Below are positions 1 through 13,744 of a DNA stretch of 64,000 bases, one piece after another. This stretch comes from Heptranchias perlo (taxonomy: Eukaryota), in NCBI RefSeq assembly GCF_035084215.1, contig NC_090359.1, positions 24,180,001 to 24,244,000 on the forward strand, written 5' to 3'. How positions within the stretch are numbered: the first letter of the stretch is position 1; each line of letters starts with the position of its first letter. The notes under the pieces are model-generated. The model was not told where the DNA came from, searched no databases, and saw only the letters and a program-made list of their open reading frames with translations. A program made the position numbers and the translations under genes.

Positions 1-3000
1 GAGGGGATACAGTGTGACTCCATTAGTGTGAGGGGATACAGTGTGACTCCATTAGTTTGAGGGGATACAGTGTGACCCCATTAGTGTGAGGGGATACAGT
101 GTGACATCATTAGTGTGAGGGGATTCAGTGCAATCCCATTTGTGTGAGGGGATACAGTGTGACTCCATTAGTGTGAGGGGATACAGTGTGACCCCATTAG
201 TGTGAGGGGATACATTGTGACCCCATTAGTGTGAGGGGATACAGTGTGAGCCCATTAGTGTCAGGGGATACAGTGTGACCCCATTAGTGTGAGGGGATTC
301 AGTGTGACTGCATTAGTGTGAGGGGATGCAGTGTGACCCCATTAGTGTGAGGGGATACAGTGTGACTCCATTAGTGTGAGGGGATACAGTGTGACCCCAT
401 TAGTGTGAGGGGATACAGAGTGACTCCATTAGTGTGAGGGGATACAGTGTGACCCCATTAGTGTGAGGGGATACATTGTGACCCCATTAGTGTGAGGGGA
501 TACAGTGTGACCCCATTAGTGTGAGGGGGCACAGTGTGACATCATTAGTGTGAGGGGATACAGAGTGACTCCATTAGTGTGAGGGGATACAGTGTGACCC
601 CATTAGTGTGAGGGGATACAGTGTGACCCCATTAGTGTGAGGGGATACAGTGTGACCCCATTAGTGTGAGGGGGCACAGTGTGACCCCATTAGTGTGAGG
701 GGATACAGTGTGACCCCATTAGTGTGAGGGGATACAGTGTGACATCATTAGTGTGTGGGGATACAGTGTGACCCCATTAGTGTGAGGGGATACAGTGTGA
801 CCCCATTAGTGTGATGGGATACAGTGTGACCCCATTGGTGTGAGGGGATACAGTGTGACTCCATTGGTGTGAGGGGATACAGTGTGACTCCATTAGTGTG
901 AGGGGATACAGTGTGACCCCATTGGTGTGAGGGGATACAGTGTGACCCCATTAGTGTGAGGGGATACAGTGTGATCCCATTTGTGTGAGCGAATACAGTG
1001 TGACCCCATTAGTGTGAGGGGATACAGTGTGACTCCATTAGTGTGAGGGGATACAGTGTGATCCCATTAGTGTGAGCGAATACAGTGTGACCCCATTAGT
1101 GTGAGGGGATACAGTGTGACTCCATTAGTGTGAGGGGATACAGTGTGACCCCATTAGTGTGAGGGGATACAGTGTGATCCCATTAGTGTGAGCGAATACA
1201 GTGTGACCCCATTAGAGTGAGGGGATACAGTGTGACTACATTAGTGTGAGGGATACAGTGTGACCCCATTAGTGGGAGGGGATACAGTGTGACCCCATTA
1301 GTGGGAGGGGATACAGTGTGACCACATTAGTGTGAGGGGACACAGTGTGACCCCATTAGTGTGAGGGGATACAGTGTGACCCCATTGGTGTGAAGGGATA
1401 CAGAGTGACTCCATTAGTTTGAGGGGATACAGTGTGACCCCATTAGTGTGAGGGGATACAGTGTGACCCCATTGGTGTGAAGGGATACAGAGTGACTCCA
1501 TTAGTGTGAGGGGATTCAGTGCAATCCCATTAGTGTGAGGGGATACAGTGTGACTCCATTGGTGTGAGGGGATACAGTGTGACCCCATTGGTGTGAAGGG
1601 ATACAGAGTGACTCCATTAGTGTGAGGGGATTCAGTGCAATCCCATTAGTGTGAGGGGATACAGTGTGACTCCATTAGTGTGAGGGGATACAGTGTGACC
1701 CCATTAGTGTGAGGGGATACAGTGTGACCCCATTAGTGGGAGGGGATACAGTGTGACCCCATTAGTGTGAGGGGATACAGTGTGAGCCCATTAGTGTGAG
1801 GGGATACAGTGTGACCCCATTAGTGTGAGGGGATACAGTGTGAGCCCATTAGTGTGAGGGGATTCAGTGTGACCCCATTAGCGTAAGGGGATTCAGTGCA
1901 ATCCCATTTGTGTGAGGGGATACAGTGTGACCCCATTAGTGGGAGGGGATACAGTGTGACCCCATTAGTGTGAGGGGATACAGTGTGACCCCATTAGTGT
2001 GAGGGGATACAGTGTGACCCCATTGGTGTGAAGGGATACAGAGTGACTCCATTAGTTTGAGGGGATACAGTGTGACCCCATTAGTGTGCTGAGATACAGT
2101 GTGACCCCATTAGTGTGAGGGGATACAGTGTGAGCCCATTAGTGTGAGGGGATTCAGTGTGACCCCATTAGCGGAAGGGGATTCAGTGCAATCCCATTTG
2201 TGTGAGGGGATACAGTGTGACCCCATTAGTGGGAGGGGATACAGTGTGACCCCATTAGTGTCAGGGGATTCAGTGCAATCCCATTAGTGTGAGGGTGTAC
2301 AGTGTGTTCCCATAAGTGTGAAGGGATACAGCGTGATTCCATTAGTGTGAGGGGGCACATTGTGATCCCATTAGTGTGAGGGGATACAGTGTGACCCCAT
2401 TAGTGTGACGGGATGCAGTGTGACTCCATTTGTGTGAGGGGATACAGAGTGAATCAATTAGTGTGAGGGGATACAGTGTGATCCCATTAGAGTGAGGGAA
2501 TACAGTGTGACCCCATTAGTGTGAGGGGATACAGTGTGACCCCATTAGTGTGAGGGGATACAGTGTGACTCCATTTGTGTGAGGGGATACAGTGTGACCC
2601 CATTAGTGTGAGGGGGCACATTGTGACCCCATTAGTGTGAGGGGATACAGTGTGACCCCATTAGTGTGAGGGGATACAGTGTGACTCCATTTGTGTGAGG
2701 GGATACAGTGTGACCCCATTAGTGTGAGGGGATACAGTGTGACCCCATTAGTGTGAGGGGATACAGTGTGACCCCATTAGTGTGAGGGGATACAGTGTGA
2801 CCCCATTAGTGTGAGGGGATACAGTGTGACCCCATTAGTGTGAGGGGATACAGTGTGACCCCATTAGTGTGAGGGGATTCAGTGCGATCCCATTAGTGTG
2901 AGGGGATACAGTGTGACTCCATTAGTGTGAGGGGATACAGTGTGACTCCATTAGTGTGAGGGGATACAGTGTGACATCATTAGTGTGAGGGGATTCAGTG

Positions 3001-6000
3001 CAATCCCATTCGTGTGAGGGGATACAGTGTGACCCCATTGGTGTGAGGGGATTCAGTGCAATCCCATTTGTGTGAGGGGATACAGTGTGACTCCATTAGT
3101 TTGAGGGGATACAGTGTGACTCCATTAGTGTGAGGGGATACAGTGTGACTCCATTAGTTTGAGGGGATACAGTGTGACCCCATTAGTGTGAGGGGATACA
3201 GTGTGACATCATTAGTGTGAGGGGATTCAGTGCAATCCCATTTGTGTGAGGGGATACAGTGTGACTCCATTAGTGTGAGGGGATACAGTGTGACTCCATT
3301 AGTGTGAGGGGATACAGTGTGACCCCATTAGTGTGAGGGGATACAGTGTGACCCCATTAGTGTGAGGGGATACAGTGTGACCCCATTAGTGTGAGGGGAT
3401 ACAGTGTGACCCCATTAGTGTGAGGGGATACAGTGTGACCCCATTAGTGTGAGGGGATACAGTGTGACCCCATTAGTGTGAGGGGATACAGTGTGACCCC
3501 ATTAGTGTGAGGGGATTCAGTGTGACCCCATTAGCGTAAGGGGATTCAGTGCAATCCCATTTGTGTGAGGGGATACAGTGTGACTCCATTAGTTTGAGGG
3601 GATACAGTGTGACCCCATTAGTGTGAGGGGATACAGTGTGACCCCATTAGTGTGAGGGGATACAGTGTGACCCCATTAGTGTGAGGGGATACAGTGTGAC
3701 CCCATTAGTGTGAGGGGATTCAGTGTGACCACATTAGCGTAAGGGGATTCAGTGCAATCCCATTTGTGTGAGGGGATACAGTTTGATCCCATTAGTGTGA
3801 GGGGATACAGTGTGACCCCATTAGTGGGAGGGGATACAGTGTGACCCCATTAGTGTGAGGGGATACAGTGTGATCCCATTAGTGTGAGGGGATACAGTGT
3901 GACCCCATTAGTGTGAGGGGATACAGTGTGACCCCATTAGTGTGAGGGGATACAGTGTGACTCCATTAGTGTGAGGGGATACAGTGTGATCCCATTAGTG
4001 TGAGGGGATACAGTGTGACCCCATTAGTGTGAGGGGATACAGTGTGACCCCATTGGTGTGAAGGGATACAGAGTGACTCCATTAGTTTGAGGGGATACAG
4101 TGTGACCCCATTAGTGTGAGGGGATTCAGTGCAATCCCATTAGTGTGAGGGTGTACAGTGTGTTCCCATTAGTGTGAAGGGATACAGCGTGATTCCATTA
4201 GTGTGAGGGGGCACATTGTGATCCCATTAGTGTGAGGGGATACAGTGTGACCCCATTAGTGTGACGGGATGCAGTGTGACTCCATTTGTGTGAGGGGATA
4301 CAGAATGACTCAATTAGTGTGAGGGGATACAGTGTGATCCCATTAGTGTGAGGGAATACAGTGTGACCCCATTAGTGTGAGGGGATACAGTGTGACCCCA
4401 TTAGTGTGAGGGGATACAGTGTGACCCCATTAGTGTGAGGGGATACAGTGTGACTCCATTTGTGTGAGGGGATACAGTGTGACTCCATTTGTGTGAGGGG
4501 ATACAGTGTGACCCCATTCGTGTGAGGGGATACAGAGTGACCCCATTAGTGTGAGGGGATACAGTGTGACCCCATTAGTGTGAGGGGATACAGTGTGACC
4601 CCATTGGTGTGAGGGGATTCAGTGCAATCCCATTTGTGTGAGGGGATACAGTGTGACTCCATTAGTTTGAGGGGATACAGTGTGACCCCATTAGTGTGAG
4701 GGGATACAGTGTGACTCCATTAATTTGAGGGGATACAGTGTGACCCCATTAGTGTGAGGGGATACAGTGTGACCCCATTAGTGTGAGGGGATACAGTGTG
4801 ACATCATTAGTGTGAGGGGATTCAGTGCAATCCCATTAGTGTGAGGGGATACAGTGTGACCCCATTAGTGTGAGGGGATACAGTGTGACCCCATTAGTGT
4901 GAGGGGATACAGTGTGACATCATTAGTGTGAGGGGATTCAGTGCAATCCCATTTGTGTGAGGGGATACAGTGTGACTCCATTAGTTTGAGGGGATACAGT
5001 GTGACCCCATTAGTGTGAGGGGATACAGTGTGACTCCATTAGTTTGAGGGGATACAGTGTGACCCCATTAGTGTGAGGGGATACAGTGTGACTCCATTAG
5101 TGTGAGGGAATACAGTGTGACCCCATTATTGTGAGGGGATTCAGTGTGACTCCATTAGTGTGAGGGGATACAGTGTGACCCCATTATTGTGAGGGGATTC
5201 AGTGCAATCCCATTAGTGTGAGGGTATACAGTGTGTTCCCATTATTGTGAAGGGATACAGCGTGATTCCATTAGTGTGAGGGGGCACATTGTGATCCCAT
5301 TAGTGTCAGGGGGCACAGTGTGATCCCATTAGTGTGTCGGGATACAGTGTGACCCCATTAGTGTGAGGGGATACAGTGTGACCCCATTAGTGTGAGGGGA
5401 TACATTGTGACCCCATTAGTGTGAGGGGATACAGTGTGACCCCATTAGTGTGAGGGGATACAGTGTGACCCCATTAGTGTGAGGAGATACAGTGTGACCC
5501 CATTAGTGTGAGGGGATACAGTGTGACCCCATTAGTGTGAGGGGATTCAGTGTGACTCCATTAGTGTGAGGGGATACAGCGTGACCCCATTAGTGTGAGG
5601 GGATTCAGTGCGATCCCATTAGTGTGAGGGGATACAGTGTGACTCCATTAGTGTTAGGGGAAACAGTGTGACCTCATTAGTGTGAGGGGATACAGTGTGA
5701 CCCCATTAGTGTGAGGGGATACAGTGTGACCCCATTAGTGTGAGGGGATACAGTGTGACCCCATTAGTGTGAGGGGATACAGTGTGACATCATTAGTGTG
5801 AGGGGATACAGTGTGACTCCATTAGTGTGAGGGGATACAGTGTGACCCCATTAGTGTGAGGGGATACAGTGTGACCCCATTAGTGTGAGGGGATACAGTG
5901 TGACTCCATTAGTGTGAGGGGATACAGTGTGACTCCATTAGTGTGAGGGGATACAGTGTGACATCATTAGTGTGAGGGGATTCAGTGCAATCCCATTTGT

Positions 6001-9000
6001 GTGAGGGGATACAGTGTGACTCCATTAGTTTGAGGGGATACAGTGTGACCCCATTAGTGTGAGGGGATACAGTGTGACTCCATTAATTTGAGGGGATACA
6101 GTGTGACTCCATTAATTTGAGGGGATACAGTGTGACCCCATTAGTGTGAGGGGATTCAGTGCAATCCCATTAGTGTGAGGGGATACAGTGTGACTCCATT
6201 AGTTTGAGGGGATACAGTGTGACCCCATTAGTGTGAGGGGATACAGTGTGACTCCATTAATTTGAGGGGATACAGTGTCACCCCATTAGTGTGAGGGGGC
6301 ACAGTGTGACCCCATTAGTGTGAGGGGATACAGTGTGACCCCATTAGTGTGAGGTGATACAGTGTGACATCATTAGTGTGAGGGGATTCAGTGCAATCCC
6401 ATTAGTGTGAGGGGATACAGTGTGACCCCATTAGTGTGAGGGGATTCAGTGTGACTCCATTAGTTTGAGGGGATACAGTGTGACCCCATTAGTGTGAGGG
6501 GATACAGTGTGACCCCATTAGTTTGAGGGGATACAGTGTGACCCCATTAGTGTGAGGGGATACAGTGTGACCCCATTAGTGTGAGGGAATACAGTGTGAC
6601 CCCATTAGTGTGAGGGGATACAGTGTGACCCCATTAGTGTGAGGGGATACAGTGTGACCCCATTAGTTTGAGGGGATACAGTGTGACCCCATTAGTGTGA
6701 GGGGATACAGTGTGACCCCATTATTGTGAGGGGATTCAGTGCAATCCCATTAGTGTGAGGGTATACAGTGTGTTCCCATTATTGTGAAGGGATACAGCGT
6801 GATTCCATTAGTGTGAGGGGGCACATTGTGATCCCATTAGTGTCAGGGGGCACAGTGTGATCCCATTAGTGTGTCGGGATACAGTGTGACCCCATTAGTG
6901 TGAGGGGATACAGTATGACCCCATTAGTGTGCTGAGATACAGTGTGATCCCATCAGTGCGAGTAGATTCAGTGTGACCCCATTAGTGTGAGGGGATACAT
7001 TGTGACCCCATTAGTGTGAGGGGATACAGTGTGACCCCATTAGTGTGAGGGGATACAGTGTGACCCCATTAGTGTGAGGAGATACAGTGTGATCCCATTA
7101 GTGTGAGGGGATACAGTGTGACCCCATTAGTGTGAGGAGATACAGTGTGATCCCATTAGTGTGAGTGGATACAGTGTGACCCCATTAGTGTGAAGGGATA
7201 GAGTGTGACCCCATTAGTGTGAGGAGATACAGTGTGACCCCATTAGTGTGAGGAGATACAGTGTGACCCCATTAGTGTGTGGAGATACAGTGTGATCCCA
7301 TTAGTGTGAGTGGATACAGTGTGACTCCATTAGTGTGAGGGAATACAGTGTGACTCCATTAGTGTGAGGGAATACAGTGTGACCCCATTAGTGTGAGGGA
7401 ATACAGTGTGACTCCATTAGTGTGAGGGAATACAGTGTGACTCCATTAGTGTGAGGGAATACAGTGTGACTCCAATAGTGTGAGGGAATACAGTGTGACT
7501 CCATTAGTGTGAGTGGATACAGTGTGATCCTATTAGTGTGAAGGGGCACAGTGTGATTCTATTAGTGTAAAGGTGCACAGTGTGATTCTATTAGTGTAAA
7601 GGGGCAGTGTGATTCTATTTGTGTAAAAGCGCACAGAGTGATCCTATTAGTGTAAAGGTGCACAGTGTGATCCTATTAGTGTAAAGGTGCACAGTGTGAT
7701 CCTATTAGTGTAAAGGGGCACAGTGTGATCCTATTCCTGTAAAGGTGCACAGTGTGATCCTATTAGTGTAAAGGGGCACAGTGTGATCCTATTAGTGTAA
7801 AGGTGCACAGTGTGATCCTATTAGTGTAAAGGGGCACAGTGTGATCCCACTCATGTAAAGGTGCACAGTGTGATCCCACTCATGTAAAGGTGCACAGTGT
7901 GATCCTATTAGTGTAAAGGGGCACAGTGTGATCCTATTGGTGTCAAGGTGCACAGTGTGATTCTATTCATGTAAAAGTGCACAGTGTGATCCTATTTGTG
8001 TAAAGGAGCACAGTGTGATCCTATTCGTGTAAAGAGGCACAGTGTGATCCTATTTGTGTAAAGGTGCACCGTGTGATCCCACTCGTGTAAAGGTGCACAG
8101 TGTGATCCCATTCGTGTAAAGGTGCACAGTGTGATCCCATTCGTGTAAAGGTGCACAGTGTGATCCTATTTGTGTAAAGGTGCACAGTGTGATCCTATTT
8201 GTGTAAAGGTGCACAGTGTGATCCTATTTGTGTAAAGGTGCACAGTGTGATCCCACTCGTGTAAAGGTGCACAGTGTGATCCCACTCGTATAAAGGTGCA
8301 CAGTGTGATCCTATTTGTGTAAAGGTGCACAGTGTGATCCTGTTAGTGTAAAGGTGCACAGTGTGATTCTATTCATGTAAAAGTGCACAGTGTGATCCTA
8401 TTTGTGTAAAGGAGCACAGTGTGATCCTATTCGTGTAAAGAGGCACAGTGTGATCCCACTCGTGTAAAGGTGCACAGTGTGATCCCACTCGTGTAAAGGT
8501 GCACAGTGTGATCCTATTCCTGTAAAGGTGCACAGTGTGATCCCATTCGTGTAAAGGTGCACAGTGTGATCCCATTCGTGTAAAGGTGCACAGTGTGATC
8601 CCATTCGTGTAAAGGTGCACAATGTGATCCCACTCGTGTAAAGGTGCACAGTGTGATCCCACTCGTGTAAAGGTGCACAGTGTGATCCTATTTGTGTAAA
8701 GGTGCACAGTGTGATCCTATTCGTGTAAAGGTGCACAGTGTGATCCTATTCGTGTAAAGGTGCACAGTGTGATCCCACTCGTGTAAAGGTGCGCAGTGTG
8801 ATCCTATTAATGTAAAGATGCACAGTGTGATCCTATTAGTGTAAAGGGGCACAGTGTGATCCCACTCGTGTAAAGGTGCACAGTGTGATCCTATTTGTGT
8901 AAAGGTGCACAGTGTGATCCTATTCGTGTAAAGGTGCACAGTGTGATCCCATTCGTATAAAAGTGCACAGTGTGATCCTATTAGTGTAAAGGTGCACAGT

Positions 9001-9690
9001 GTGATCCCATTCGTGTAAAGGTGCACAGTGTGATCCTATTCGTGTAAAGGTGCACAGTGTGATCCTATTCGTGTAAAGGTGCACAGTGTGATCCCACTCG
9101 TGTAAAGGTGCACAGTGTGATCCTATTCGTGTAAAGGTGCACAGTGTGATCCCATTCGTATAAAAGTGCACAGTGTGATCCTATTAGTGTAAAGGTGCAC
9201 AGTGTGATCCCATTCGTGTAAAGGTGCACAGTGTGATCCTATTTGTGTAAAGGTGCACAGTGTGATCCTATTCGTGTAAAGGTGCACAGTGTGATCCCAC
9301 TCGTGTAAAGGTGCGCAGTGTGATCCTATTAATGTAAAGATGCACAGTGTGATCCTATCAGTGTGAATGGGCATATTGTGATCCCATTCGTGTAAAAGTG
9401 CACAGTGTGATCCTATTCGTGTAAAAGTGCACAGTGTGATCCTATTCGTGTAAAAGTGCACAGTGTGATCCTATTTGTGTAAAAGTGCACAGTGTGATCC
9501 TATTCATGTGAAGGTGCACAGTGTGATCCTATTCGTGTAAAGGTGCACAGTGTGATCCTATTCGTGTAAAAGTGCACAGTGTGATCCTATTCGTGTAAAA
9601 GTGCACAGTGTGATCCTATTCGTGTAAAAGTGCACAGTGTGATCCTATTCATGTGAAGGTGCACAGTGTGATCCTATTCGTGTAAAAGTG
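1..9690. repeat. 29-bp satellite array (GAGGGGATACAGTGTGACCCCATTAGTGT), shifting after ~7540 to the variant AAAGGTGCACAGTGTGATCCTATTCGTGT
   Basis: Continuous 29-bp periodicity read directly; the array runs off the left edge; a few more monomers at ~10047-10135. Confidence 0.97.
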
Positions 9691-9864
9691 TTCCCATGCA
9701 CAAGAGTCAGCTCCTTAAGGAAAAAGGGGCAACATCCCATTGGGATTTCTGTCCCTTCAGAGTGAACCTGTTGAGAAAAGACAGCCTCAAGGGCGCTCAC
9801 CCAACGAGCAATAACATGTCTCCAGAGACTCGAGGGTTAAAACAACATTTCATTCTGTTTGCCT

Positions 9865-9900
9865 GAAACCGAAACCAGAATCAGTTGTCCTGATATAAAA
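9865..9900 (+). promoter_or_regulatory. Candidate promoter of the cornifelin/PLAC8-like gene: ISRE (GAAACCGAAACC, 9865-9876) plus TATA box (TATAAAA, 9894-9900)
   Basis: Motifs lie in the only unique island at the satellite end, followed by Inr-like TCAGTT (~9928) and a strong donor CAG|GTGAGT (9949/9950). Confidence 0.55.
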
Positions 9901-9924
9901 GGCGTTTAACTGTTTTCTGTGTCG

Positions 9925-9949
9925 CTCTCAGTTCTGTGCAAATCAGCAG
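9925..9949 (+). other. Putative non-coding exon 1 of the cornifelin/PLAC8-like gene
   Basis: Donor CAG|GTGAGT at 9949/9950 (alternative AAG|GTATGA at 10024/10025); the first coding exon has an acceptor (TTTTTCATAG, 15407) 8 nt before ATG, which implies an upstream exon. Confidence 0.45.
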
Positions 9950-10137
9950 GTGAGTGGTTTCTCTCTCAGCTCCTGCCGCAGTGAAGACTCTGTGAGACCC
10001 GGACAAAGTTTAACACCTGACAAGGTATGAGGCACATCGCATTTAATGTGAGTGGGCACGCTGTGATCTGGTTAGTGTGAGGGGACACAGTGTGATCCCA
10101 TTATTGTGAGGGGGCACTGTGTGATCCTATTTGTGTT

Positions 10138-10650
10138 TTTTTTTATGTTCATTCTCGGGATGTGGGCATCGCTGGCGAGGCCGGCATTTATTGCCCATCC
10201 CTAATTGCCCCTTGAGAAAGTGGTGGTGAGCCGCCTTCTTATTGAACCGCTGCAGTCCGTGTGGTGAAGGTTCTCCCACTGTGCTGTTAGGAAGGGAGTT
10301 GAAGGATTTTGACCCAGCGACGATAAAGGAACGGCCGATATATTTCCAAGTCGGGGTGGTGTGTGACTTGGAGGGGAACTTAGAGGTGGTGGTGTTCCCC
10401 TGCTGCCCCTGCCCTTTAAGGCGGTAGAGGTCATGGGTTTGGGAGGTGCTGTCGAAGAAGCCTTGGCGAGTTGCTGCAGTGCATCCTGTAGATAGTACAC
10501 ACGGTGCACCTGTGGTGGAGAAAGTGGATGTTTAAGCTGCCAATCAAGCGGGCTGCTTTGTCCTCGATGTTGTCGAGCTTCTTGAGTGTTGTTGGAGCTG
10601 CGCTCATCCAGGCAGGTGGAGAGTATTCCATCACACTCCTGATTCTTCCT
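10138..10650 (-). mobile_element. 3' end of a non-LTR retrotransposon (CR1/L2-superfamily LINE)
   Basis: ORF2 C-terminal remnant RSVMEYSPPAWMSAAPTTLKKLD; AATAAA and A-rich tail; same family as 27720-28390. Confidence 0.8.
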
Positions 10651-10869
10651 GCCGCCCTGACGCAACGGCCGCCTCCGCGCTCCCATGACCGCGGCTGGGA
10701 GGTCAAGTCCTCGGCCTGGGTATTGACCTTCAGAGGTCTCAGGCCCTATTGCCTGAAACCCCCCACCCCCTCTTCAACCCCCATGGCCGAATCCTCCTAC
10801 ACCCCCAGGGTTACCCCGAGGAAGCCAGGCCAGGTTCTGACTCCCCTCGGGCTCCTCTGATCTCCGTCC

Positions 10870-11350
10870 CCCTTCAGCCTCTATCGCCATCAGCTCTTTA
10901 GTTCCAACATCGAGGGTTCCTCTGCCCGATCCTCCCCTACCCCCCACTGCTCGTGACCTCCCCCAAACCCAGCCCCCAACCCCTTAGCCTCGTTCCCCCG
11001 TCCAACATCAGATTCATTCTCTCCATAGAGCTCCATCGAGCACCCCCCCAAACCCCGACCCAGCTCCTTACCAACCACACTCGTTGTTTAGGGATTGTTT
11101 TGACCCCTTTCGCAACTATTTTATTCACCCTTGACCCCCTCTGTCGTTGTGACCCTTCCCATCCTGGCCAAGGCCCTTGAAGGGTTTCATTGCCAATCAG
11201 CACTCCCATCACTCTCTGTCCTTCCAATCCAGTTTCCCAACAGCTCACGACAACGGAACTGCCGTGGTCAAGGTGACCTTTGACATCCCGTGTGACTGGG
11301 AACCGCGGCTCGCTGTCCCTCCGCACCCTCCTGGACCTCTCCGCCACTTT
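10870..11350 (+). mobile_element. Decayed L2-like RT fragment
   Basis: Frameshifted FQSSF..AHDNGTAVVKVT..D / SLSLRTLLDLSATF resembles the L2 RT motif QSGFR..HSTETAL.KV.ND..LLDLSAAFD. Confidence 0.55.
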
Positions 11351-11489
11351 CTGCCCCACCTTCACCCCCACTGCCCCTTCTATTCCGTCTGTCGTTGAGG
11401 CACCTCTCCACTATGGTCCCACTCCCAGTTGTCCTAGTGCAGGACAGACCTACCAGAGGTGGGAGCACAGTGGTAAACAGTCGGGGTTG

Positions 11490-13020
11490 GGGAGGAGGGT
11501 GGATGTGGCCCTGGGAGTCCTCAACATTGAACCCAGACCCCATGAAGTCTCATGGCTTCAGGTCAAATATGGGCAAGGAAACCTCCTGCTGATTATCACC
11601 TACCGCCCTCCCTCAGCTGATGAATCAGTCCTCCTCCATGTTCAACACCCACTTGGAGGAAGCACTGAGGGTAGCAAGGACACAGAAAGTACTCTGGGTT
11701 GCACTCAATGTTCATCACCAAGACTTGCTTGGTAGTACCACCACTGAGCGAGCTGGCTGAGTCCTGAAGGACGCAGCTGCCAGACTGGGCTTGCGGCAAG
11801 CAGTGAGACAACCAACACAAGGGAATAACCTACAGGACCATGACAGCATTGATAGGAGTGACCACCGCACAGTCCTTGTGAAGGCCAAGTCCCTTCTTCA
11901 CAGTGAGGACACACTACCATCGCGCTAAATGGGATAGATTAAGAACAGATCTAGCAGCTGGAAACTGGGCATCCATGAGGTGCTGTGGGCCATCAGCAGC
12001 AGAATTGTATTCCACCATGATCTGTAACCTCATGGCCCAGAATATCCCTCACTCCTACATCACCATCAGGCCAGATGACCAACCCTGGTTCAATGAGGAG
12101 TGTAGAAGAACATCCCCGGATGAGCACCAGGTGTACCTGAAAATGAGGTGCCAACCTCAGGACTACATACGATGCTAAACAACGGAAGCAGCACGCTATT
12201 GACAGAGCTAAGCGATCCCACAACCGACGGATCAGGTCAAAGCTCTGCAGTCCTGCCTTATTCAGTCATGAATGGCAGTGGGCAATGAAGCAACTAACAG
12301 GAGGAGGAAGTTCCATGAACATCCCCATCCTCAATGATGGCGGAGTCCAGCACGTGAGTGCAAAGGACAAGGCTGAAACATTCGCAACCATCTTCAGCCA
12401 GAAGTGCCAAGTGGATGATCCATCTCGGCCTCCTCCTGAGGTCTCCACCATCACAGATACCAGTCTTCAGCCAATTCGATTCACCCCACGTGATATCAAG
12501 AAACGGCTGAGGGTACTAGACACAGCAAAGGCTACGGGTCCTGACAACATCCTGGCTGTAGTGCTGAAGACCTGTCCTCCAGAACTAGCCGAGCCCCTAG
12601 CCAAGGTGCTCCAGTACAGCTACAACACTGGCATCTACCCAACAATGTGGAAAATTGCCCAGGTATGGCCTGTCCACTAAAAGCAGGACAAATCCAACCT
12701 GTCCTATTGGCCTCCTCCCAATAATCAGCAAAGTGATGGAAGGAGTCGTCAACAGTGCTATCAAGCGGCACTTACTCACCTACAACCTGCTCACCCATGC
12801 TCAGTTTGGGTTCCACCAGGACCACTCGGCTCCAGACCTCATTACAGCCTTGGTCCAAACATGGACAAAAGAGCTGAATTCCAGAGGTGAGAATAGAGCA
12901 ACTGCCCTTGACATCAAGGCAGCATTCGACCAAATGTAGCACCATGGAACCCTAGTTAAATGGAAGTCAATGGGGATCAGGGGGAAAGCTCTCCAGTGCT
13001 GGAGTCATACCTGGCACAAA
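11490..13020 (+). mobile_element. Truncated LINE ORF2 (endonuclease to RT N-terminus), degenerate
   Basis: YRPPSADES (APE-like endonuclease), KATGPDNI, PIGLLPIISKVMEG, QFGF, ALDIKAAFD; several stops and frameshifts. Confidence 0.85.
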
Positions 13021-13744
13021 CTCTCTGTGGAATTTGCTGCCCCAGGAAGCTGTGGAAGCTACATCATTAAATAAATTTAAAACAGAAATAGACAATTCCT
13101 TTGGAGAAGTCAGATTCCCATCAGTCCTCTGGTCCGGCATCGGATAAGTTGGCTCCAGTTTTGAGCCGAGTTGGTTCTGGGCATCTTCTGTGCGCGTGGT
13201 GAGGCAAACAGCCAAACTCACAGGTCCTCAGGACCATCTCTGCATCAAATCCAGGCCCGCTCACCCTAAGGGAGCCATAGCACTGGCTCTCGGTCCCACT
13301 AATCAGACTCCGCCAGCTTAAATCGAGGTGGGGACGAGTGACATGTGGAGACCGTCGCCCAGGGGTGTGGGAGGTAAGATAAGGGAGATTGTCCAAGGTC
13401 TGCGTAGGGACTGGCTCCTTGCCCTCAAAAGGGCCTCTTCTCATTCTGTGCTCACTCATCCGTCCGTCAGGCGAGATATTAAACTCAGGCTACCAGTCTA
13501 TCCCGTTCAAGGTGGCCGTTAATGATCCCGTTTGAAAATGTTATCCCGGGCCAACATTCCTCGCTCGACCAACACCGTCCAAAAAAAAAAAAGCAGATTA
13601 CCCGAGCGGCCATCTTATTGGTGCAGGCGGCGCAAAATGGCTGCCGTATTGGCCGACATAACAAGTGTCGTGGTACCTCAGCACGATTCATTGACTGACG
13701 CCCTTGGAGACAATGCTAGACAAACGCAAGTTTTCCTTTTGCGG

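Noticed and set aside
7540-9690. RSS heptamer CACAGTG in each variant satellite monomer
   Set aside because: No ACAAAAACC-like nonamer at 12 or 23 bp spacing and no adjacent V, D or J segments
1-9690. CRISPR-like regular array
   Set aside because: Monomers are contiguous with no unique spacers, and the context is eukaryotic
10138-13020. Single LINE with a twin-priming 5' inversion
   Set aside because: An unrelated L2-like segment lies between the two oppositely oriented pieces and no target-site duplication is evident
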